Assembly (NCBI GenBank): GCA_035343375.1
Contig: DAOQYW010000006.1
Location: 14,230 to 78,229 of the forward strand
Origin: Bacteroidales bacterium
Lineage (GTDB): Bacteria; Bacteroidota; Bacteroidia; Bacteroidales; ML635J-15
Reading direction: 5' to 3'
DNA: 64,000 nt
Each line of letters begins with the position of its first letter. The stretch's first letter is position 1. This document shows, piece after piece, positions 56,175-64,000 of the stretch. The notes beneath the pieces were generated by a model. The model was not told the DNA's origin. It made no database searches and saw only the letters and a list, made by a program, of their open reading frames with translations. A program made the translations under genes and the position numbers.

Positions 56175-59100
56175 ATGAAAATTTTTTCAAAACTTTTCTT
56201 TGGATTAAGTTTAATTATTTTGGGGTACGGATTATTCGGTCAACCGGTTGTTAGTTTTAATGCATCTGAAACCGAAGCTTGTGCACCGGTCAACATAATA
56301 TTTACAAACACATCTTCAGGTTGTTCAGGAGCTGCGACATATTACTGGCAGGCAGGTACCGGGGACGTTTCTAATAATGAAAATCCGGTTTTTAACTATT
56401 CAAATGGTGGCGTTTATACTGTTTCATTGACTGTAACATGCGATGGTTTTGATGTTACTGAAACAATGCAGATTACAATTTTTGATCCTCCTGTTGCTAA
56501 TTTTGACGATACACAAATTAAAGGATGTATTCCATATAATGCAGTTTTTGCAGATTTATCAACACTTGGAGATGCTCCGATTGATACTTGGCAATGGTAT
56601 TTTGGTGATGGAACTACAGGCAGTACACAAAACCCATCGCATTTGTATGGCTCAACCGGAACATATAATGTAAGTCTTATAGTTACTGATGAAAATGAAT
56701 GTACAAATCAGATTACTCACAATGCTTTGATTTCTGTTGCAGGAAATCCTACAGCTAGTTTTTACGGAGATAATCCAACCTGGTGTACAGCTCCTCATAC
56801 CGTAAATTTCTTTTCTACTGTTACAACTACATTTGGATCAGCATCAACAATAGTTTGGGATTTTGGTGATGGTTCCCCTGCTGGTAGCGGTGCGAGTCCA
56901 TCTCATACGTATAACTCAACAGGTGTGTATGATGTAAGCATAACTGTTACTGACAATGTTTATGGGTGTGAAACAGTTGTTACACAGAATGATTATGTGA
57001 GAATAACAATTGCTGAACCAAATTATAGTGTACTTGAAGGTAATGTTGTTTGTAAAAATACTGAAGTACATTTTGTCAATCAAACAGGATATTCTTGTTC
57101 GTGGCAGTTTGGAGATGGAGGGACTAGTTATCAGAATACTCCGGTACATACTTATAATACCGGAGGTAATATGTCAGTAGTCTTTACTGTAGATCCGGGT
57201 GGCCCCTGCGAAGCTTCAACAACTTTTATTCTTTTAGTGGAAGAAGTTACAGCTTCTTTTACAACAAGTCCATCCAATTTGTTTTCATGTACAACTCCTT
57301 TTACAGTTAATTTTACAAATACTTCATCAGCTAACGCTACAAGTTATAATTATTACTTTCAGGATGGAGGTTCTTCGACTTTACCAAATCCTTCACATTC
57401 ATACAATAGTCCAGGGGTTTACCAACCAACTTTAACTGTTACAACTGCAAACAATTGCGTTCATACTTTTATAGGACCATTAATTACTATAAATTCGCCT
57501 GATGCTTCTTTTGTTGGAGATACTATTGAAGGTTGCGAACCCTTGACAATTGATTTTACATATAATGGTACAACTCCGCTGGCAACTATTACAAACTGGA
57601 ATTGGAATTTTGGTAACGGGCAGACAAATCCATCAGGAACAAATACTGCAAGTTCTACATACAACTCCGGAGATTATACTGTTACACTTACAGTAACCGA
57701 CAATAATAACTGTACAAATGTTGGTACTCTTGAGATTTCTGTTGGAGAACCATATTTTCCTACTATTGACGTCGTAACCTATGAAGATCACGACCCCTTG
57801 CCGAGCGATCATTTGTGCCCTCAGGATTCAGTTGAATTGTATTTATGGGATTGGAATAATCCGGATATTGATGAATTTACTTGGTGGATTGATTCAACCG
57901 ATAATCAAGGAGGAGATGAGTATCAAATGTGGCAGTTTGATCAGGATACAGGATGGATTACTATTCATATGATTACTGTTTATAATGGGTGTAGAGATAC
58001 TCTTCTTTGGGATAGTGTTTATATTAGTGGTCCAATTATAGATGGTATTTCCTCTTCGTCAGAATGTGCAACGCCTTTAGACTATTTATTTACACTCGAT
58101 TATACCGAAGCAGATTATTGGGATTGGTTTACTTATTATATTACAGGAGGAGTAAGGACAGATCTTGGTTCCGAATTAGGCTCTACTGATGATGAATATT
58201 CATTTACATATCCTTACCAAGGTAGTTTTTGGGTTCAGGTAATCGCCTATAATACCGAGTCTGGATGCGAATACATAGATTCTGTTCAAATTACTATTTC
58301 ATCGCCCCAGGCACTATTTGTTATAATTGATGATGAAGTATGTATTGATGAACAGGTTGTGTTTTACGGAGGTACTTCTGTAAATGTTATGGAGTATTAT
58401 TGGGATTATGGTGATGGTACTAATTCGGGATGGATAAGCAATCCTTCGTCACCACATGCCTATACGACCGTAGGATATTTTACTGTTACTCTAACCGTTC
58501 GAGATGGGAACGGTTGTGAAAATTCGATGACGGATGAAATTCATGTGTTGGGACCAGAAATTCATATTACTGCTGATGAAACACACGGTTGTAATAGCTT
58601 ATCTGTTAATTTTACAGAAAATATTATATCAGATGATCCAATTACTTGGATATATTGGGAATTTGGCGATGGGCAACATTCTTATGGGTCAGGCACTGTA
58701 TCACATAATTATTTGCAGGCAGGTGTATATTCTGTAACTGTCTCAGCAGGTACTTTACATAATTGCGAAGCTAGTGTTGAATTTCCTGATTTTATAACTG
58801 TAGTATCCGTTAATGCAAATTTTTCTTCTCCTGATCAGTTTGGTTGTGTCGGAGAAGATATCGTTTTTAATGCTTTCGAGACAGATGAATCATATACTTA
58901 TACATGGCAATTTGGAGATGGAGAAGAAAATGTAGGTCATGATACAACTGCCACTCATCAATATACTTCAGGTGGGATTTATAATGTATATCTTAAAGTT
59001 GATGATGGATATGGTTGTATAGAAGAACAGACGCTTAATGAGTTTATTATTATACAACAACCTATTGCAAATTTTTCTGTTGCAAATGACAACTTACCTT

Positions 59101-60584
59101 GCTATCCAGTAGAGCCGGACATTATACCAAATTGTTCGGTAGTGCCTGCCGGAACTGCTTTGTATTATGAATGGATAATGGGAACAGGGGATACATTGTA
59201 TGTGGAAGATCCGGAATTGTATTATACATTACCGGGCACATATACTATAACTTTAAATCTATCAACTTATTTTGGGTGTACTGATTCTTTTTCTCATGAT
59301 ATTACCATAAACGGACCTTATGCTGAGGCAGAAATAAGCGATACTATGGCTTGTGTTGGTCAGGATATTTCTTTTGAGTTAGTTAATCAGCAAAATGTTG
59401 ATGAATTTGTTTGGGTTGTAGGCGGTGGAGACTCATATACTGAGGAGTCTTTTACGCACTCTTACGATTTAGTCCCGCCTCAAGGTTTTTATCCGGTTAA
59501 TCTTACCCTTACGTCCGGAACTTGTGTTGTTACTTTCATTTACAATGTCTATGTATTTTCTGTAACTGCAGGGTTGATGCTTACCGACACTGAAAGCGTT
59601 GAACTTCCCGAAGGTTTATGTTCTCCGTTTGATGCTTTATTGACAAGTGTTTCAGAAAATGATATTTATAGACAATGGTATATTAATGGAGTCGAAACAG
59701 GTTCAGGAAATAATCCCGAACCATATACTTTTACAAATAGTACTGCTTTTGATCAAACTGTTACGGTGAGTTTGGTTATTGAAGATGATAATGGATGTAC
59801 AGACAGTGTTGCAACTACAATAGATGTTTATGCATTGCCTCAGGTATTGATATCAAATGATACAGTTATTTGTAGAGGAGATGGAATAACAATTTATGCA
59901 GCAGGTGGGATATCTTACAACTGGTATCCAGATAATCATATTACCGATGTTAGTGTTCAGGCTCCCGGTGTAGATCCAGAAGAAAATATGACTTATTATG
60001 TGGATGTTACCAATGAAAGAGATTGCGTTAAAACTGATTCTGTACGAATTGTTGTTCAACAAGAACCGGAAATATTTTTAATACCAGCCGCAGATACAAT
60101 TATTATAGGGGATACAGTGTTCTCAGTTTTAACAGCAAATCAGGAAAATTTAAGTTATTTGTGGACTCCACCTGATTTTATTTCATGCACTGATTGCCCG
60201 GAGCCTTATTTTAATCCTGAAGAATCTACACGTTATAATCTGACTGTTGAGGATAGTATGCATTGCTTCCGTTATCATTATTATATTGATATTGTTGTTA
60301 ACGAACAATATACTCTTGATGTTCCCGGAGCATTTATGCCACTTGGTAGTGAAGGAAACAGACTCGTTTATGTCAAAGGTTTTGGAATAAGAAAATTGCT
60401 GCACTTTAGAATTTATAACAGATGGGGAGAAGAAGTATTTTATACTGACGATATACATCAGGGTTGGGACGGCTATTATAACGGACAACTGCAAAATATT
60501 GATAATTACAGTTATTATGTGGAAGCCGAAATGTTTGATGGAAGTATTCAATCCAAAAAAGGAAATATTATGCTGATTAGATAG
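56175..60584 (+). CDS. Giant multi-PKD-domain surface protein with type B T9SS (gliding-motility-associated) C-terminal domain
   Basis: More than ten PKD-like repeats (W.FGDG..S....P.H.Y...G.Y.V.L.V). The C-terminal ~90 aa (FRIYNRWGEEVF...GWDGYYNG...YSYYVEA) matches the CHU_C/type B CTD pattern. Confidence 0.85.
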   Translation: MKIFSKLFFGLSLIILGYGLFGQPVVSFNASETEACAPVNIIFTNTSSGCSGAATYYWQAGTGDVSNNENPVFNYSNGGVYTVSLTVTCDGFDVTETMQITIFDPPVANFDDTQIKGCIPYNAVFADLSTLGDAPIDTWQWYFGDGTTGSTQNPSHLYGSTGTYNVSLIVTDENECTNQITHNALISVAGNPTASFYGDNPTWCTAPHTVNFFSTVTTTFGSASTIVWDFGDGSPAGSGASPSHTYNSTGVYDVSITVTDNVYGCETVVTQNDYVRITIAEPNYSVLEGNVVCKNTEVHFVNQTGYSCSWQFGDGGTSYQNTPVHTYNTGGNMSVVFTVDPGGPCEASTTFILLVEEVTASFTTSPSNLFSCTTPFTVNFTNTSSANATSYNYYFQDGGSSTLPNPSHSYNSPGVYQPTLTVTTANNCVHTFIGPLITINSPDASFVGDTIEGCEPLTIDFTYNGTTPLATITNWNWNFGNGQTNPSGTNTASSTYNSGDYTVTLTVTDNNNCTNVGTLEISVGEPYFPTIDVVTYEDHDPLPSDHLCPQDSVELYLWDWNNPDIDEFTWWIDSTDNQGGDEYQMWQFDQDTGWITIHMITVYNGCRDTLLWDSVYISGPIIDGISSSSECATPLDYLFTLDYTEADYWDWFTYYITGGVRTDLGSELGSTDDEYSFTYPYQGSFWVQVIAYNTESGCEYIDSVQITISSPQALFVIIDDEVCIDEQVVFYGGTSVNVMEYYWDYGDGTNSGWISNPSSPHAYTTVGYFTVTLTVRDGNGCENSMTDEIHVLGPEIHITADETHGCNSLSVNFTENIISDDPITWIYWEFGDGQHSYGSGTVSHNYLQAGVYSVTVSAGTLHNCEASVEFPDFITVVSVNANFSSPDQFGCVGEDIVFNAFETDESYTYTWQFGDGEENVGHDTTATHQYTSGGIYNVYLKVDDGYGCIEEQTLNEFIIIQQPIANFSVANDNLPCYPVEPDIIPNCSVVPAGTALYYEWIMGTGDTLYVEDPELYYTLPGTYTITLNLSTYFGCTDSFSHDITINGPYAEAEISDTMACVGQDISFELVNQQNVDEFVWVVGGGDSYTEESFTHSYDLVPPQGFYPVNLTLTSGTCVVTFIYNVYVFSVTAGLMLTDTESVELPEGLCSPFDALLTSVSENDIYRQWYINGVETGSGNNPEPYTFTNSTAFDQTVTVSLVIEDDNGCTDSVATTIDVYALPQVLISNDTVICRGDGITIYAAGGISYNWYPDNHITDVSVQAPGVDPEENMTYYVDVTNERDCVKTDSVRIVVQQEPEIFLIPAADTIIIGDTVFSVLTANQENLSYLWTPPDFISCTDCPEPYFNPEESTRYNLTVEDSMHCFRYHYYIDIVVNEQYTLDVPGAFMPLGSEGNRLVYVKGFGIRKLLHFRIYNRWGEEVFYTDDIHQGWDGYYNGQLQNIDNYSYYVEAEMFDGSIQSKKGNIMLIR

Positions 60585-60643
60585 ATATGGTTTACATCTT
60601 GTTTTCTGATTTTTCTTAATTAATGTTCTGATTTATAAAAATA

Positions 60644-61606
60644 ATGATTGTAATAACAGGAGCGGCTGGTTTTATTGGTAGTAATCTTGCAGCATTACTG
60701 ATTAAAGAGAATTTTACTGATCTCGTTTTAGTTGATGATTTTTCGATTAAAATAAAGGAAAATAATTTTCTTAATAAAAATGTGACTGCGAGAGTATTAA
60801 GAGATGATTTTCCGGTCTGGCTGGATAAAAATCACAGATTTGTTCAATTGATTTTTCATTTAGGAGCCAGAACTAATACTGCTGAATTTGATTATAATAT
60901 TCTTAATAGATTGAACACACAATTTAGTAAAACAATCTGGTTAAAATGTTGTGATTACGGATTGCCATTGATTTACGCTTCTTCGGCTGCAACTTATGGA
61001 TCCGGAGAAAATGGATTTAGCGATACAACAAATCCTGAAATACTCACACCTCTTAATCCTTACGGGGAATCAAAAAATGAATTTGATAAATGGGTGCTTA
61101 AGCAGGAAAGAAAACCATATTTCTGGGCAGGATTAAAGTTTTTTAACGTTTATGGACCTAATGAATATCATAAAGGTAGAATGGCATCTGTTATTTTTCA
61201 TGCATATAACCAGATAAAGGCTAACAGTAAATTAAATCTTTTCAAATCTCACCGCAATGATTTTGCTGACGGGGAGCAAAAGAGAGATTTTATATATGTT
61301 AAAGATGTCTGTAAAGTAATGTATTTCTTTATGAAGATGAGAAAGGTCAGTGGAATTTATAATCTTGGAACCGGTGAAGCAAGAACTTTTAATGATCTCG
61401 GAAAATCAGTTTTTAAAGCAATGGGTTTGAAAGAGGATATAAACTATATTGATATTCCTGAAGATATAAGGGAGAAATATCAGTATTTTACCGAAGCGGA
61501 CATGAACAAACTTAAAAGTATCGGTTATACACAATCTTTTTATTCTCTTGAAGATGGTACGGATGATTATGTGAAAAACTATCTGAATGGAGGAAAATAC
61601 GAATAA
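60644..61606 (+). CDS. hldD: ADP-L-glycero-D-manno-heptose 6-epimerase
   Basis: Colinear with E. coli HldD as I recall it: ITGAAGFIGSN, YASSAATYG, FFNVYGPNEYHKGRMASVIFH, KRDFIYV and YNLGTG. Confidence 0.85.
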   Translation: MIVITGAAGFIGSNLAALLIKENFTDLVLVDDFSIKIKENNFLNKNVTARVLRDDFPVWLDKNHRFVQLIFHLGARTNTAEFDYNILNRLNTQFSKTIWLKCCDYGLPLIYASSAATYGSGENGFSDTTNPEILTPLNPYGESKNEFDKWVLKQERKPYFWAGLKFFNVYGPNEYHKGRMASVIFHAYNQIKANSKLNLFKSHRNDFADGEQKRDFIYVKDVCKVMYFFMKMRKVSGIYNLGTGEARTFNDLGKSVFKAMGLKEDINYIDIPEDIREKYQYFTEADMNKLKSIGYTQSFYSLEDGTDDYVKNYLNGGKYE

Positions 61607-62723
61607 AATGAGTTCAGAAAAAAAATATAAGGGAGAAGTAGAGGAAAGCAAGGCTAAAAACAGTGCTCTTATTGTCAATGAGGGCGTTGAACAACCTCCA
61701 CAAATAAATCCTGCTATTGCAAAAATAAAGAAACGGAAAAGTCTTTTAACTTGTGCTGATTACGTTGAAGGTATTAAATCGGGAGATATTAATATATTAG
61801 GTCAAGCCATAACGCTTGTCGAAAGTAAGCTACACGAACATTACGAACTTTCTCAACAAATAATAGAGAAGTGTCTTCCTTATGCAGGAAAGTCTTTTAG
61901 AATTGGAATTACCGGAGTTCCCGGAGTCGGAAAAAGTACATTTATCGAATCTCTGGGAATGGAAATTGTTAAATCCGGTCGTAAATTAGCTGTTTTAGCA
62001 GTAGATCCGAGCAGTGAAAAAAGCGGTGGCTCAATTTTAGGCGATAAAACCAGAATGGAAGAATTGGCTATTCATAAAAATGCTTTTATCAGACCTTCTC
62101 CTTCAGCGGGATCATTGGGCGGTGTAGCAAGGAAAACGCGAGAAACAGTTGTATTGTGTGAAGCAGCAGGATTTGATACGGTTTTTATTGAAACTGTTGG
62201 TGTTGGACAATCAGAAACTGCCGTGCATAGTATGGTAGATTTCTTTTTATTACTGATGTTGTCAGGAGCAGGCGATGAATTGCAAGGGATTAAACGTGGA
62301 ATAATGGAAATGGCGGACGTAGTTGCAATTACAAAAGCTGACGGGGAGAATGTTAAGAAAGCTGAACTTGCAAGAGTCCAATATCAAAATGCTTTACATT
62401 TGTTCCCTCCAACGGCTTCAGGATGGATAGTGCCAGTGCTTAAATGTTCGGCTCTGACTAATGAAGGAATTAATGAGTTATGGGAACAGATTCTTGCATA
62501 CTTTGATCATACTCTAAATAACGACTATTTCAATAAAAATCGCCTTGAGCAATCAAAATACTGGTTTTACGAGTCGGTAAATTCAACACTAAAGGAAAGG
62601 TTTTATCATGACGAGAAAGTAAAAAAGCATATAAAACTATTTGAGGAACAAATTTCTGCAGATAAAATAAGTAGTTTTATCGCTGCCCAAAAATTACTTG
62701 ATATCTATTTTAAGAAAAAATGA
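61587..62723 (+). CDS. meaB: Methylmalonyl-CoA mutase-associated GTPase MeaB/ArgK
   Basis: P-loop GITGVPGVGKST, the ETVGVGQSE switch, and the NKAD-like ITKADG. The start may be the Met at 61608. Confidence 0.88.
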   Translation: MEENTNKMSSEKKYKGEVEESKAKNSALIVNEGVEQPPQINPAIAKIKKRKSLLTCADYVEGIKSGDINILGQAITLVESKLHEHYELSQQIIEKCLPYAGKSFRIGITGVPGVGKSTFIESLGMEIVKSGRKLAVLAVDPSSEKSGGSILGDKTRMEELAIHKNAFIRPSPSAGSLGGVARKTRETVVLCEAAGFDTVFIETVGVGQSETAVHSMVDFFLLLMLSGAGDELQGIKRGIMEMADVVAITKADGENVKKAELARVQYQNALHLFPPTASGWIVPVLKCSALTNEGINELWEQILAYFDHTLNNDYFNKNRLEQSKYWFYESVNSTLKERFYHDEKVKKHIKLFEEQISADKISSFIAAQKLLDIYFKKK

Positions 62724-63211
62724 TTGGTCAGGAAATAGTCTATAAAACGCTTGAAAAACTGGAAATTACGTACGAGTATTACCAATCCCCTGAAGATTTC
62801 TCGAATGAAGATGACGGTAGTTTTTGGGCAAAAATAAATGCTACCAGATGTAAAAATCTCTTTATGAGAAACCATAAAGGCGACAGACATTTTTTGTTAA
62901 TTTCAGATTATTATAAAAATATAGATATTCATAAGTTTGAACAGAGATTTAAGAAAGGAAAAATCTCATTTGCTTCTCAACAAAGAATTGATAAGCATAT
63001 AAAAGGGACTATTGGAGCAATTTCTGTTTTTAGTTTGTTAAATGATGACAATAATAGTGTTGAAGTTTTTATTGACGAATCTCTCCAAAATTGTACAAGA
63101 CTTACTTTTTTGCCAAACGAATTAAATGCCCTTATCGCAATTTCTTTTCAAGATTTTTTGCGTATTCTTGATTATTCAGGAAATAAATACGAGTTTATCA
63201 ATCTATCATAA
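62720..63211 (+). CDS. YbaK/ProX-type aminoacyl-tRNA deacylase domain protein
   Basis: CKNLFMRNHKGDRHFLL and ISFASQQRI...GAISVFSLLND blocks, typical of prolyl-tRNA-synthetase-associated editing domains. Confidence 0.75.
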   Translation: MIGQEIVYKTLEKLEITYEYYQSPEDFSNEDDGSFWAKINATRCKNLFMRNHKGDRHFLLISDYYKNIDIHKFEQRFKKGKISFASQQRIDKHIKGTIGAISVFSLLNDDNNSVEVFIDESLQNCTRLTFLPNELNALIAISFQDFLRILDYSGNKYEFINLS

Positions 63212-63308
63212 TTTGTTAAACTGTTATTATAAAATCTTAATATAGTGTTAAATGAATAAATCGGCTGAATTAAATTGTTATTTTTGCCATATAAAATATT
63301 TAGAAGAT

Positions 63309-64000
63309 ATGAAAGGATTATTCAAATTAGGTATTTACATGGTATTTTGCTTATTATTTTTTATTACATCATGTAATAGCGATAAAAATAGAAAGATGGA
63401 CTTTGAATTAAAATATCCCGAAACAAGAATGGACACAACAATATTAGATATTTATTTCGGCACACAAGTTTGTGATCCGTACAGATGGCTTGAAGACGAT
63501 AATTCTGTTGAAACAGCCGAATGGGTAAAACAACAGAATGAACTAACATTTAAGTATTTGGAGAATATTCCATATAGAAATAATATCAAAGACAGATTGC
63601 TCAAAATATGGGATTATCCAAAAATGTCTGCTCCTGTTAAGAAGTCTGATAAGTATTTCTATTATCGTAATGATGGACTTCAAAATCAAAGCGTGTTGTA
63701 TTACAAAGAAAAACTTAACGGAGAGGAAATAGAATTATTGGATCCAAACCTTTTCGATAAAGAGGGTAGTGTTGCTTTATCTGCCATAGCCGTTTCGGAT
63801 GATGGAAAGTATTTGGGCTACGCAATTTCTAAAGCAGGAAGCGATTGGCAGGAAATTTTTGTTAGGGATATAGAAACAAAGAAGGATTTAGAAGATCATA
63901 TCGAATGGGTAAAATTTTCAGGAATATCTTGGTATAATGATGGCTTCTATTATTCAGGATATCCGGCACCTGAACAAGGTCAGGAATTGTCAGGGGTTAA
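63309..64000 (+). CDS. Prolyl oligopeptidase (S9A) lipoprotein (partial; continues past the right edge)
   Basis: Absent from the ORF track because it is open-ended. My translation is MKGLFKLGIYMVFCLLFFITSC...DPYRWLEDDNSVETAEWVKQQN...YFYYRNDGLQNQSVLY. This is the hallmark N-terminal propeller region of prolyl endopeptidases. Confidence 0.85.
   Translation, partial: MKGLFKLGIYMVFCLLFFITSCNSDKNRKMDFELKYPETRMDTTILDIYFGTQVCDPYRWLEDDNSVETAEWVKQQNELTFKYLENIPYRNNIKDRLLKIWDYPKMSAPVKKSDKYFYYRNDGLQNQSVLYYKEKLNGEEIELLDPNLFDKEGSVALSAIAVSDDGKYLGYAISKAGSDWQEIFVRDIETKKDLEDHIEWVKFSGISWYNDGFYYSGYPAPEQGQELSGV

Noticed and set aside
60183-60551. 122-aa minus-strand ORF within the type B CTD region of the PKD protein
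   Set aside because: The plus-strand frame encodes the well-recognisable CHU_C-type sorting domain. The antisense ORF has no motifs.
1-64000. Scan for CRISPR arrays, rRNA and tRNA genes in all intergenic gaps larger than 90 bp
   Set aside because: There are no regularly spaced direct repeats with unique spacers. No gap contains a GC-enriched segment of about 75 nt with cloverleaf-compatible arms. The only GC-rich non-coding pieces are the REP/leader elements and terminator stems. tRNAscan or Infernal would be needed to be definitive.

Overview
This is an AT-rich chromosomal segment (roughly one third G+C by eye) that I assign to Bacteroidota. Support: a PorP/SprF gene, type A and type B T9SS C-terminal sorting domains, a Fibrobacter-succinogenes-paralogous-domain lipoprotein, many lipoprotein signal peptides, and TAnnTTTG-type promoter motifs. 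It holds about 60 densely packed protein genes. Most are housekeeping, fermentation or envelope functions: rpsF-rpsR-rplI, gcvT, mnmA, xseA, pta-ackA, ptb-buk, ridA, hldD, meaB, RluA- and TrmH-family enzymes, peroxiredoxin and ferredoxin-nitroreductase. I found no rRNA, tRNA or CRISPR array. Two open-ended genes missing from the ORF track sit at the window edges: a K+ channel (1-667, minus) and a prolyl oligopeptidase (63309-64000, plus). The one clearly accessory segment is 40.3-43.7 kb. There, an orphan RHS-core/HExxH toxin gene with a downstream lipoprotein (candidate immunity) is followed by a truncated second cassette. Next comes an IS200/RAYT-type Y1 transposase flanked by four GC-rich REP hairpins. 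The whole block lies between the intact 3' end of an aminotransferase gene and a 16-codon relic of an alternative 3' end of that gene, so it looks like an insertion. The conserved leader in front of each toxin cassette carries a hairpin of the same family as the transposase REPs, in inverted orientation. I therefore propose, as inference only, REP/Y1-transposase-associated toxin cassette turnover. Secondary points of interest: a secreted caspase-like three-gene surface module (18.0-22.0 kb), a lipase/FecR-like membrane protein pair divergent from an ECF sigma module, a 78-bp in-frame (KD)n hexanucleotide repeat, and a type B T9SS adhesin module. All family assignments come from motifs I recognise in the translations; no database search was run.
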